Shown here piece after piece: positions 45,322 to 58,714 of a DNA stretch of 64,000 bases. Under the pieces are notes generated by a model. That model saw only the letters and a program-made list of their open reading frames with translations. It had not been told where the DNA came from and made no database searches. Positions within the stretch are counted from its first letter, which is position 1, and each line of letters opens with the position of its first letter. Origin of the DNA: Eledone cirrhosa (taxonomy: Eukaryota); assembly GCA_964016885.1 (NCBI GenBank), contig OZ024741.1, positions 227,540,001-227,604,000 of the forward strand, given 5' to 3'. A program made the translations under genes and the position numbers.

Positions 45322-46150
45322 GCACACAAATAAACATACATATCTTTACTTTCTTTATTTCAATAGAAAATCTGAATTCTGACACCTCAGCGAACCAACC
45401 ATATTCACTGAACCAGAACAATTCTCCCATCCCATTTCTCTTGACCATTATCTTTTGCTTGTCATAAAATTCTCTAAAAGAATACAAAATAAATTCCCAA
45501 ATACAGGCGCGAAATTTAATGAATTTGTTCACGTGACAGTATTAATTTAATTTATAACCAATCAAATTATATTTATAAAAAAAAAGCTTTCGTGAGCCAC
45601 TTTTTTTTAAAGTAAAAAGAAATTCAAACAAACTTAAGCGAAAGCTGATATACTTATTCACGTGACTACATCAACCAACCAAACTTCACTCATATATGAA
45701 AAAACAACCTGTTATATTCACTGAACCAGAACAATTCTCCCATCCCATTTTTCTTGACCATTAACTTTTGTTTGTCATAAAATTCTCTAAAAGGCTACAA
45801 AATAAATTCCCAAATACAGGCGCGAATTTAATGAACGTGTTCACGTGACAGCGATAATTTCATTTATAACCAATCAAATTACATTTATAAAAAAACCCTT
45901 CGTCAGCCCCTTTTTTAAGTAAAAAGAAATTCAAACACTCATATATGAAAAAAGAACCTGATCCCCCCCCTCCTGTTTGAAAACTTTGTAACGCGACCTG
46001 GCGCGAAATTTATTATACTTATTGACCAACCAATCAAATTACTTCTCTAAAAACCTGGCATTTCGAGCCACTTTTTTTCCATATAAAACAAGTAACATTC
46101 AAAGACCAACCAGATGGGAGAAAAACCACAGACCGTCCATCTCAACTCTA

Positions 46151-46186
46151 CTTTTGAAAAGCAGAAGAACTGCGAAACCGGTAAAG
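46151..46186 (+). ncRNA. U3-A8 variant hammerhead in the Neptune pLTR
   Basis: CTT-TTGAAAA-GCAG AAGAA CTGC-GAAA-CCGG-TA-AAG; stem III palindrome ACCGGT. Confidence 0.72.
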
Positions 46187-46677
46187 GAACCAAATAAATA
46201 TATATATTTGTTTAAAAAATAAGACCCCAGTTGCATTTTCGATTTCATCTTTTTTTCTTTATACTTTCACTCGTGTAGGACACTTTCTATGTGCAAAATC
46301 ATGGTCATTCGTGACCGAGTGGGGCCACACAACATATATAATACAACATGTAGAAAAGACAACACACCAGAGAGAGAGAGAGATAGTGCGTTATCAGCCA
46401 AACAGGGAAAAACCACCAGTGTATGGAATCTATAGCCCATGGAAGGCAAAGTAGACACACAATAATTAAAAGTATAAATCACAGTGCAAATACGTACCTT
46501 GATAACTATCTAACACACACGTACAAATCCGAAAGGATCTGTTTCATCAACTAATTTGTTGACAGAAATGATTAGCCTATGGCTACATATTGTATTATAA
46601 AGGGCTCGGGATTCCTTCTCCTTTGAGCACATTAATGACAGGGAATAGCTGGAGTCTATGGCTCCGTTAATTTATCG

Positions 46678-46735
<58 letters not shown>

Positions 46736-46743
46736 TATATATG

Positions 46744-46788
<45 letters not shown>

Positions 46789-46800
46789 GTATTATATATG

Positions 46801-46871
<71 letters not shown>

Positions 46872-46883
46872 GTATTATATATG

Positions 46884-47286
<403 letters not shown>

Positions 47287-47309
47287 GTGTGTGCGTGTGT
47301 GTGTGTATG

Positions 47310-47355
<46 letters not shown>

Positions 47356-47379
47356 GGTGTGTGTGTGTATGTATATATA

Positions 47380-47433
<54 letters not shown>

Positions 47434-47717
47434 TAAAAACAATGAATAAAAACAAATAAACAGTTCCTTATATTAAAAAATTCATCATTTTACGATCGTT
47501 TCTAGGATATATATGTGTGTGTTGGTATGTATATCATATAGATCTATGTAAACATTTTACAAACTATCAGAGGGAATATACATACCTACACATATATATG
47601 CTGTCTTCAGAAATAATGTAATAATATATATATAGTGCCAATTTATACGGGAACGAAACAGAGAGGCAGACAAATAAAGGTTTATTAGGTTCACGCTTTT
47701 GAGAGTTGGGGTGGGGA

Positions 47718-47752
47718 ACGACGTTTCGGGAATAGGCCCTTCTTCAGGAGTA
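47718..47752 (-). ncRNA. Penelope-type hammerhead-like motif
   Basis: CTGAAGA-AGGG CCTATT CCC-GAAA-CG-TC; stem I poorly paired. Confidence 0.5.
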
Positions 47753-48327
47753 AATAGGTTAGGAAGCGCGTTCAGAGGGTGTGTGGAAATACATTTAGAA
47801 AAAAGGGGGAAGGAGAACAAATAAAAATAAACGTAAAAATAAACTTAAGAATACACAATAAAATGAACAAGTGGTGGAAGGGTGTGAGGCGTGTAAGAGT
47901 GGTGGGGGTGAAGTTGGGAGAGGGAGGCGGGGGTTCGAAGCGGGGAAGGCTGAAGGTGGTGTTTGTGTATGTGTGTAGGTGTACGTGAGTGTGTGTGCGT
48001 GTGTATGTGAGAGTTTGAGGAAGAACGAGGCTCCCTGTTCAGGAAAAGGTGTGTGCGTGCGTGTGGAAGGAGAGGGGTGAGGGGGTGGGGGAAGTGGCGT
48101 GTGGATTCAGGAGGTTGTGTATATATGGGGGTACGCACGTGTGTGTTTGTGTTTATATGTGGTGTGGATGTGGGTGGCGTGGTGCGAAAAAAATGTGAGT
48201 GTATGTTCGTGGGTAAGTTCCTGAGGTAGTTCCGTCAGATGTAGGAAGAGCTGCTGGATATTTTTCATGTTATGGAGTGGATGGTTGGAGAGATGACCGA
48301 TGGTGTAGAATCCAATGTTTGTGGTGG

Positions 48328-48365
<38 letters not shown>

Positions 48366-48371
48366 TTATAA

Positions 48372-48518
<147 letters not shown>

Positions 48519-49223
48519 TATATGTATATGCATATGTATATGTATAAACATATGTATTATATATATATGTATTTGTGTGTGAGGACGAGAGAGAGGGGGC
48601 GAGGGAGAGAAAGAATTACTGAGGGATGTGCGTATGTGTAAATGTATGTGTATGTCTGTGATTATACCGGTGTAACATTGTGTTGAGATGGTACGAACTT
48701 GGTCGAGCAGTGTTTAGCTACATCCCTGTAAGCCATTAGTTAAATTAGTTATTTGATGAATAGAGCTCACTGGAATAAGCAACAAACTTAAAATAAACCA
48801 CTAGAACAGCTCAAAGTGCTGTTCTACCTTTACCGCAGTTCAATAACTGAAACTGATTGAAGAACAAATTAATTAAACGTTTTGTATCATTTTGTTGTGC
48901 GATACAATTTTTCATTTGCGACATCAATCTATTTATTTTACTGCAACACCGTATTTCAAATGGAACAAAAATCTACTTAAATGTAACATATGCCTACTTC
49001 ACTGCAACACAACCTTTATCATTTAATATAAATCGTCTTTATTGTAGCAACATATTTAGCGTATAACACCAATCTACCTTATTGTTACACCATATTTAAC
49101 GTGTAACATATATATATATCTACTTCGCTGTAATATTATACGTAATTTGTGACATTAATCTGATTTATTTCGAGATTATATTGAAATCGTAGCTATATAT
49201 ACCAATTATTACCACATACACCT

Positions 49224-49262
49224 AACTTTTGAGAATTATCCAACTGTGAAACCGGTAAAGTT
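49224..49262 (+). ncRNA. U3-A8 hammerhead variant (stem II eroded)
   Basis: AACTT-TTGAGAA-TTATCCAACTGT-GAAA-CCGG-TA-AAGTT. Confidence 0.55.
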
Positions 49263-49501
49263 AATATAAATAAATCTTCTTAAAGATTCCAATTGCATAT
49301 TTAACTTCTTCTTATATCTTTACTCGTGAGGGATATAAACATCCTACTTTCTTTTATACGCCCACACGCACATACCCACACACTCACATACACCCCTCTC
49401 CACATATATATGTATACATATATATCTATATATATATATATATATTTCATTTCCGAATTTGTTTAGCAAGATTCTTTATCTGAAAACGTGTGTTGAAACC
49501 G

Positions 49502-49554
49502 ATATTGTCACTGAAGAGGTCACAGAATGTGTGACCAAAGACCTTTGACAATAT
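49502..49554 (+). ncRNA. Hammerhead, family A (G12 mutated to C)
   Basis: ATATTGTCA-CTGAAGA-GGTCACAGAATGTGTGAC-CAAA-GACC-TT-TGACAATAT; 9-bp stem I. Confidence 0.65.
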
Positions 49555-49702
49555 ATGAACAACCGTCTGGTTGTGGAACCAACCAACCAACCAACCAACC
49601 GGAAAATTATAAATTTCATAAATTTAATTTATAATAAATTAGAGTGAAAGCAACTGGTGCGTGTGTTTCTTATTGGCAACAAGACCCTCCCAAAGTATAA
49701 CA

Positions 49703-49749
<47 letters not shown>

Positions 49750-49757
49750 TACATACA

Positions 49758-49845
<88 letters not shown>

Positions 49846-49846
<1 letters not shown>

Positions 49847-50343
49847 GATGGCTACCTCCTCGTTATCGAGTATGGCAATTGCACGATATACCATTATTAA
49901 TAATTATTAATTAATTCTATCGTGCAATGCCTGTGCGTGAAGATATTTTTTAAAGTGAGGAAAGACTGTGCACTGAACCAATCCCACTCTCTGAGCGACA
50001 GTAGCTATAACTCGAAAAGAAGAAAAGATCAACATCATCGGTAACTACTGAGCCACAGGTTTTATATCGGAGTTATCCAAGTTTCCTGAATTGCCTTCTC
50101 TTAGAAGAATGCCCTGACAAAGTCTAGCCGTCCTTCACTCCCAGTGGTTTAACCGCACGATCGGGTGTCCAGCCAGACTATTTCTATGTCCCCGCGGATA
50201 TACATATACATGCACTCATGTATACACACATATACATACGTAAACTTGATGGGGTTGCCGGTTCAGTTGCCAACGACCCGACCATGCGAAAGGAGGTTGT
50301 TCTGGGTTACATGTTACCAGTAGCACTCAAGAGTGACCCGACA
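49846..50343 (-). mobile_element. Diverged relative of the non-autonomous RTE-derived element
   Basis: Shares GCAATGCCTGTGC, CCCACTCTC, CAACATCAT, GCCAACGACCCGACCATG and TACATGTTACCAGTAGCAC blocks in the same order. Confidence 0.65.
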
Positions 50344-50384
50344 TATAGAGTATAGTATAGTATAGTATAGTATAGTATAGTATA

Positions 50385-50487
<103 letters not shown>

Positions 50488-50589
50488 GTTATACTCCCCA
50501 AGTATAACAATATTTGTTTCGACACACGATTTCATATCAAAATCCTCGCAAAACTAATTCGTCGCCGTTATATATATATATATATATAT

Positions 50590-51878
50590 ATAACGAAGGA
50601 AATGTGGTAAGGAACCAGGTGGACAATAACGCACCAAAGTACTCAATACTTAGGGTAGTAGAGTGGGTAATAAGAACGAGTAGTACCCCGAGAGCTGAGC
50701 TCAAGCCGTTTCAACGGCTAATTCAGGACTAAATGAAAATTTTTTATCCTGGTATATGAATAGCCGAGCTTCTCAGGGGGTAATTCCATATATGGTAAAA
50801 GTGATTGTCAGCCCCTCGGTCCTTTGTAGCCTCAGTACCCCCACCCCCTTCCCCTATTCTATGATAGAATTGGCCGACTCCGCTTTTTATAGCAGATGTG
50901 TTAGAACCCGGATACTTGACTTCTTATCCGATGGCTGCCCTTTTAGGAGCTTTCTATATTTCTTAGTGGTATCTTTGCTTTAATTTCTCGTATATCAGTA
51001 TTTATTTTTTGGGGGTGGGTGGGGGTGGGGTGGGGGATTCTGAATTAATTTTCCGTATCAAATTTTTCATATACTTCGTACGAGCATTTATGTAGTTTGC
51101 ACTAGATTTTTTGTATCGTGGCGGCACACTTAGAGATAGTATTAGTATTCTTTTTCGGGATTCTGAATTATTATTTCGTATTAGTTTATTTTTTTTGCAC
51201 TGGGTGGTTGCTGGCCTTGTGCCTGGGGTAGAAACCTTTGTTTCGTACTGGCCTCGGGACTCTGAATTATTATTTCGTGGTAGTTTATTTAGTATTTTGG
51301 CCCCCAACTTGTTGACCCGTCACCGTAAGATATACTCGGTTGATTACTTATACCTCTTAAAAGGGTCTCATTATAATTCCGTCCCACCTAGTAAACCTTT
51401 CTTTAGTCTAGCAGTACCAGTGAGAGACTAGCTGTCCTTAGGTTATAGTAACCAGAAATTTTTTTTTCTTTTTTTACATTTAATTATTTTTTAACATTCT
51501 CGGTATTTTTCTATATTTTTACCCCATATTGTTTTACTTATTGTTTCGACTTCCTCCCCTCCCCTCCCTAGTATGCTTCTTTGACCTCCTGCCCAGCTGT
51601 AGTTGGCACTATCAACGCACGACTGGGTTTCCTCCACCCCCTCTCTCTCTTTCTTCTACTGGCAGGTTCAGCTACCCCTTCCCTCCACAAATTGCCACGA
51701 AAGAATTATGTGTCTCAACAACAAACTTTTGACCAATCCTTGTGACAATCACTTTTACCATATATGGAATTACCCCCTGAGAAGTTCGGCTATTCATATA
51801 CCAGGAAAAAAAATTTTCATTTAGTCCTAAATTAGCCGTCGAAACGGCTTGAGCTCAGCAGTCGGGGTCCTACTCGTT

Positions 51879-51882
<4 letters not shown>
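50590..51882. repeat. pLTR inverted pair (about 140-bp arms) around a 930-bp spacer
   Basis: Arms about 50670-50810 and 51743-51882; the right arm carries an extended HHR-like fold at 51772-51868. Confidence 0.85.
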
Positions 51883-51941
<59 letters not shown>

Positions 51942-51945
<4 letters not shown>

Positions 51946-52820
51946 TAAAATAACAGATTAAAGTTTAAGCAAAGAATCGCTGCTTTCACCCTTAACGGGA
52001 TCTTCTGAAACTAACAAAGTCAATCTGTAAACGCAGAAGTGGACAAAAGTAGACAAGAAGACGATACTTTGGTTCGTGGAAACGTTTCCTGGCAAAGAAC
52101 GGGAAAAAACGAATATAATACGTCGTTATTTGTAGCGGTGAAAAACAATTACACGCAAAGACAAAACCACGTTTATGGTATAAAAGAAGTCGTAAACTAA
52201 TATTCTCTTAGGTGGTTCATAGAGACGTTCTCTGGCAATGAACGGAAAAAACGAAGATAATACGTCATGTGGAGCGTAGAGAATAATTGCACGCAAAGAC
52301 AAAACCACGTAAATGGTAAGCTGAAGTCGTAGACTAAAATTCTAACTAGGAAACCGAATGATTCTCCGCTTCAGAGTTAAGAATAAATTCCTGTATTACA
52401 GCCCCACATTATACCCTAACGGAGAGTACGACCTATACGTGGATATTTTACGTCTTGATGTGGTATCTAAGTATATGTTATGTTTATACCATTACTTATT
52501 TGCATAGGTAAGTATATATTACCTGTATGTTTTGTGAAGGTACGTATACTTTCTCGTACGTATATTTGATTGTATATGTTATGGCGTATATTTTTATATA
52601 TTCTGGTACATATGCTTTTGGTTATGTGTATACGGGAGTTTTGCGTCTGTGTGAGTATGTGGGTTCGTACGTATGTTGGGTGTATGTATATGTGCACTTC
52701 ATGTTTTGGTTGACGTAGTCTCCGAACATTTGTGTATTTACATGTAGGTATGTGTGTGCGCTTGTTATATACGTATTTATTTATTTATATACGTTTATTT
52801 AATTACTTATTTATTTGTAT

Positions 52821-52867
<47 letters not shown>

Positions 52868-53540
52868 TATGTGCGTGGTTTTGTATATCCATGGCAAGTG
52901 TTTTCGCGTATGCTTGTGTATGTATGTATTTGGATGCGTGTATGTATTTATTTAATTTCAATTACCTCTGTATTATATTTTATTTACTTTATTCTTAACT
53001 CTGAAGCGGAGAATCATTCGGTTTCCTAGTTAGAATTTTAGTCTACGACTTCAGCTTACCATTTACGTGGTTTTGTCTTTGCGTGCAATTGTTCTCCACG
53101 CTCCACATATGACGTATTATCTTCGTTTTTTCCGTTCGTTGCCAGAGAACGTCTCTATGAACCACCTAAGAGAACATTAGTCTACGACTTCTTTTATACC
53201 ATAAACGTGGTTCTGTCTTTGCGTGTAATTGTTTTTCACCGCTCCTATTAATGACGTATTATATTCGTTTTTTCCCGTTCTTTGCCAGGGTACATTTCCA
53301 CGAACCAAAGTATCGTCTTGCTGTCTTCCTCCGGTTGCAACGTTTTTTGAAATATCCACTCTACGTTTACAGATTGACTTTGTTAGTTTCAGAAGATCCC
53401 GTTAAGGGTGAAAGCAGCGATTCTTTGCTTAAACTTTAATCTGTTATTTCAATAAATATTTGCTCTGTGGTTCTTATATATTTGACATATATTTATCCTT
53501 ATCGAGCCCTCTTTGGATTTTAGTCTTCAAATTTATTACT
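51942..53540. repeat. About 450-bp inverted repeat pair with an HHR in each arm
   Basis: Arms 51942-52387 and 52988-53458; AGTTT-CAGAAGA-T CCC GTTAA GGG T-GAAA-GCA GCGATTCTT TGC-TT-AAACT at 53385-53435 and, reversed, at 51962-52012. Confidence 0.9.
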
Positions 53541-54316
53541 ATATATATATATATATATATATACATATATTTCTTTAGGTTTGTACTGACACGTAAATAA
53601 ACCCCTAATGTGTGATGTAATAATATTCGTGGTATAGACGATGGCCTGTTGAAATTGTGGAGTTCCCGCTAGAGATCCCGGGGCCAAAGTTAGCTACGTT
53701 CCTAGAGTACTCTGAAAAATTAATTTCGATTTCTTTCGCTGGACAACACCACTCGAGACTGGCTGACTCATGGTGGTGGGTGTGCTGGCGGGGTCTCCCA
53801 ATCGAATTCTTTACTCTATATCCCATCCTAATATCTTATCGAGTAAAAAAATATTTTCATATAAGGCTCTCTCCGTAAGTTCATTAAATAAATAAATCTC
53901 GCGACCTCTTTTTTCAATTTACCATTTTGCAATTAAATATTTTTAATTTAATATAATTTCATCCTATGACTCGCAACATAAGTTTAACATTCCAATCTTC
54001 GGTTCACAGATTAGACCATACAGACACTCATTATAGATTCTTTGGGTAGCATTTTTTTCGCGGCATTTTCTAACATGAATGTAGTTTGACCCTTACACTA
54101 CACTTCTTTCTCCCTTTCTTTTTTTCTTCCCCTTCTTCTTTGACGGAGTGGTGGTAGCGCATTATAAGCCTTCGCCCCCTCACCAGATATTCATTGGTAG
54201 TTTTCAGTTGCCAACACTTTGAGGGCGGCTGGCTGAGAAGCTAGTTGGTCAGCTGTCCTCTCTGTCTCTGATTTTTCGGACCCATGGCTTTTTACATATT
54301 CCTTTGTTATATTCCA

Positions 54317-54379
54317 ATACCTGATGATATCACCGGATTCATATGGAACCCGGTCATTGCATTGAAATGATCATAGTAT
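54317..54379 (+). ncRNA. Hammerhead with extended stem II
   Basis: ATAC-CTGATGA-...ACCGG...CCGGT...-GAAA-TGATCA-TA-GTAT; palindrome ATGATCAT. Confidence 0.7.
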
Positions 54380-54563
54380 AATAAACCTTTCAAGGATTTA
54401 CACCAGTCCAACCTCCTGTTATTTCATTTATATATATATATATATATAAACCGTACGTACGTAGTCCCGCGCTCCTTACTTTATGGTAGTTTATATTAGG
54501 TCACTTAAAATTTGGAAATAGTCGCCTCAATGCAGATAACTATCATAATGGTTGAATAAATCG

Positions 54564-54599
<36 letters not shown>

Positions 54600-54602
<3 letters not shown>

Positions 54603-57110
54603 AATATTAACAAAATAGATATTCTTGTGATCAATTATATTTTATTATACATATTTCAGAGGTACTGAGTTAAGTTCAACAGTACGTCCTCATCAGATAA
54701 AATAAAATGATACATGACATACCCTGAGATATTAGATGGTTAAGATTCAGTCATGGTAGTAATTAACTTATGACAAAACTCAATATTTATACCCTAATAT
54801 TGAGAAGATGAGATAACATAATACAAACAATAGAGAGGGTGCGTGTAATAGGGTTTAAGAAATACATGGCATCAATATAACAGTTATAACATTTTTTAAT
54901 TTTAAAAACTACTGGAAAAAGATGAGGGAAAGGAAAGCATAGAGGAAGAAACAGCTGATGTGATAATATATTTAGTAGGTGGTTTGATAAAACAGATCAA
55001 AGATGATTAAAGAGAGAGAGAGACAAAGGGTAGTAATTTATGTTCAAGTTTATATACACAGATTTCCATATTTGTAACAACATGTCCAAAATAATATAGT
55101 TGGCGGTTAATTTTCAAAATATTTAATTTAATTTATTTCAGGGTAATGAATAATATTTTAGGTTCTAAAAGTTAATAGATATTTGCATTAATATTATAAT
55201 ATAATTATGTTTAATTTCTAAAATTCAAATTTTATGAAAACAAATTTAATGATTTACGAAACACGAGAAAGAAAATACATATAATGTTTCTCTATCTTCA
55301 CGAAGGTAATCTATACCAAAATTATTTATAATATTGACAACAGTTTCTATAATATAATTTGTAAAATAATTATAGTTATAATTATTAAAGAATTTATTGT
55401 TAAATAGTTTGAGTGCCTAAAGTATCAAACGGCCTTATAATTAAACTTAAAGAAGTCCAAATTTTTAATTATATATATGTATCGATAAAAAAATAGAAAG
55501 ATTATAGTTTATTATTTGTTTATAATTGAGATGATACCTTTCAAATATATATAATATAATATAATAATGCAATAATGAGGTGATACCTTTCAAATATATA
55601 TAATATAATATAATATAATAATGCAATAATGCTATATAGTAAATAAGTTACAGAAAATATTGATAAAAAATATATATAGTTAATAATGTTGTTAAAAATA
55701 TCGCTAAATAATTAATGTTTTATATCAATTATTTTCATTTAGTTGATATACACTATAAAGATATAAGTCAAAACTCTACGAGTCCTAATGATAGGGGCTA
55801 GATACAAAATAAATATACAAATAAAAGAAAATGAATTGTTTGCGACACTTAAAGGTGCCCAATTATAAATGTAATAGGGTTTTAATATAGTATAGAAAAG
55901 ATATATCTAAGATATTTTAGCGAATGTGATATAAAGAGGAGCTAAATATTTGAAAAAGCCGAAGGTAATCTAAATTTAATTAAAATAAAATAAAATAAAA
56001 TAAAGTAAGTTAAATTAAATTATATTATATTAAGTAAATGATTATATAAGTTCGACCTACCAGGGAGTATCAAACACTTATAACAATATAAAGTCATATG
56101 AGTGTCTAAATTATTTATAAATGTAACTACAATTATGTTACTACACTAGATAAAGATATTTGTACAACTATATAGAGATATTATTATAGGTATTAATGAA
56201 ACGGTATACATTTAATAAGAATAATAATTATAATCATTATTAGTAATGCTATAATTGTAGTTTACCTCCAGTTCAGTGGAGAGATAGACCAATATTTATC
56301 GGCTATTAAGGTTTGTTATATTTATACCAAGATATACATAGAAAAACAAATGCAAATCTAACTTTCTGAGTCCCCCAAAACCCACTCAAAATGAGTAACA
56401 TATATAAAATATGTAAACGCATGAATGATCCAAAGTTAAGTTCAATTATAATCAGTAAATTTACAAGTTAAATATCCAAACTATATACTTAAAACAGAGA
56501 CAGATAAATAAAGATCTGAATCAAAATTATAAATATCCAAAAAACCATAAGGTATGTATACTTATCAAATAAACAAGTTATCAAACGAGTGTCCTTAATT
56601 CTAACATTAATTCTATCGTGAATGATTAGAAGATAAAGCATTATTAAAGTTTTATAGACCGTTATGACTTTTATGCCCAACAGTTGATAAGAGACGTCAA
56701 AAATCAGGCCTGATTGTTTACTGTTTTTTCCTGACATTTTGCGAGGCTTGGAATGCAGACAAAGCTTTAAGAAGGCAGTTTGAGAATAATTCACTTTTTT
56801 TGTTAATTAAGTTTTCACAATTAGTAATTATTAATAGGGTCTCCTTTGTGCAGAGGTTGCAGTTAATTGATGTGAAAGAGTTGGTATATATTTTACTATT
56901 ACAAAGCTTCGTCCAAAAGATCGAGTATTTGAAATTTGTGTCTTTTAATGACCATATAAGTTGTGATAAAGAAGTCGAAGACTTCCTATTAAAATTCGAA
57001 AACGAGCATTTATGATTCGCAAATCTCGATTTAAATGTCGAAGAAGTTGCTCCTATGTAGTTGTATGTGTTGTTATTTGTTTTTACGGTGCATTTATACA
57101 CCATTCTTTG
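54600..57110 (-). mobile_element. PLE 3' fragment: GIY-YIG domain, about 2 kb AT-rich 3' region, pLTR
   Basis: MVYKCTV...YIGATSSTFKSRFANH...STSLSQLIWSLK...CNLCTKE (56718-57104); HHR at 54640. Confidence 0.85.
54640..54702 (-). ncRNA. Hammerhead in PLE pLTR (related to 12849)
   Basis: TTTTAT-CTGATGA-GGACGTACTG...CAGTACCTCT-GAAA-TATGTA-TA-ATAAAA. Confidence 0.8.
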
Positions 57111-57628
57111 ATGTGTTCATTGAACCTTGTTTAACTTTTAAATATATATATATATATATATATATAAAATTTCAAGTTATCAATAATGTAGTGATAATAT
57201 ATCGTCACGTTAGAGATGAACAGCGTACGTGTAGGTTTGCTCAACGAGTATAAATTATATTCCGGAGAAAATGTAGAAAAGATTCATATAAAATGAAAGT
57301 GCTTTTATAAAGGAATTTATTAGGTATTGACATATGTTTCTGTAACAGACGGAATACCTATGTATCGCTGCTTGCGTAATCATATAATGTTAGCAAGTAT
57401 TCGATAGCAAATGTATAATCAGTTGTCACTTCTTCAGAGATATTGGATAAATTGGAAAAAATCAGAAAAATCAAAGTATTTATATTAGTTGTAAGAAAGG
57501 AAGAAGAGAAGGGATAGTATATGACAGATGGCAATTCAATTTGCTGGTAAACAAGTATATAGAAGGTTTTTAATGAGAATACAATGAGTATATGGCTTAT
57601 TTTATCTAAATAAGAATTTTTGGGAGTG

Positions 57629-57774
57629 CCTATTTTAATCTATATTTGACCAATTGAACAATGGACAGGGCTGGTCATTTGGTGTAGTAGTATTAATACA
57701 TCTGTATTAATACTACTACACCAAATGACCAGCCTTGTCCATTATTCAATTGGTCAAATATAGATTAAAATAGG
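57629..57774. repeat. 72-bp-arm near-perfect palindrome
   Basis: Arms 57629-57700 and 57703-57774, followed by an 11-bp tandem repeat GATTAAAATAG. Confidence 0.88.
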
Positions 57775-57920
57775 ATTAAAATAGGATTAAAATAGATTAA
57801 AATAGGATTAAAATATAGATTAAACATGGTCAGTAGGGATGTGTGTGAATTGCAGTATGTTGACAGGTGAACAGTTCAGATGCCTATTAAGACAAGTGTG
57901 TGTGTGTGTGTGTGTGTGTA

Positions 57921-58027
<107 letters not shown>

Positions 58028-58714
58028 CAGAGTAATTCGTGGTAGAGGGATCGGTCAGTAGGAATGTGTCTGTACGTGTGTGGGGGATATTTTAACATGT
58101 TAAAAGATATTTTTCAGCTCTTGTCTTATACGGAGAAGTGTGTGTGTGTGTGTGTATATGTCTCTTTGTATGTTAGTGTACGCGTGTGTATGTGTGTGTG
58201 TGTATATATGTGTGTGTGTGTATGTGTGTATGTGTGTGTGGGGTGGGTGGGGGTGGGCGTGGACCAGTATTTTTGTGATACTGGTAAAAATGGTGTACAT
58301 TATTCGATATTTTCAGTAAAAACGATTCTCTCAATAGAACATTAAAAACCTTAATAATAAAAGGTGTGAGTGAAGTGATATATAGTATTGTCATAACACC
58401 AAGGTGTGTGTGAGTGTCCAGATTGTACGTACTGCAAGGGGAATCCATTAGGCCTTGCCGTATTGGAATACTTGTGTACAAATATGTATGTGCTCATCAG
58501 TGTGCAATGCATGTGTGCGTATATGTATGTGTGTGTGTCGGCACGTTTATATCTATACACATCAAAAGGTATGCAAATTTGTGTATATTTGTGTTGCACC
58601 ATAGAGCATGTGTGTTTACGTATGTCATTGTGTTTATATGTGGATAGAGATGTATGTAGGATGTATGCTGATGAAGGTATGTATGTTGACGTGTGTATGT
58701 TGTGGGTTCGTCTT

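Larger units (their letters stand above)
42270..46300 (+). mobile_element. Near full-length Neptune-type Penelope-like element, decayed
   Basis: KIINLS...LSKGLKFTPTP; IKEADKG; YGLPKIHK; RPIVAG; SFDV.NLYTTIPH; AMGTKAAP; WKRYLDD; LPFLDI; linker CGRCNCGTC; LLYAIKCEGC..DYIGQT (ORF to about 44775); 3' UTR with 220-bp duplication (45400/45715); HHR at 46151. Confidence 0.93.
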
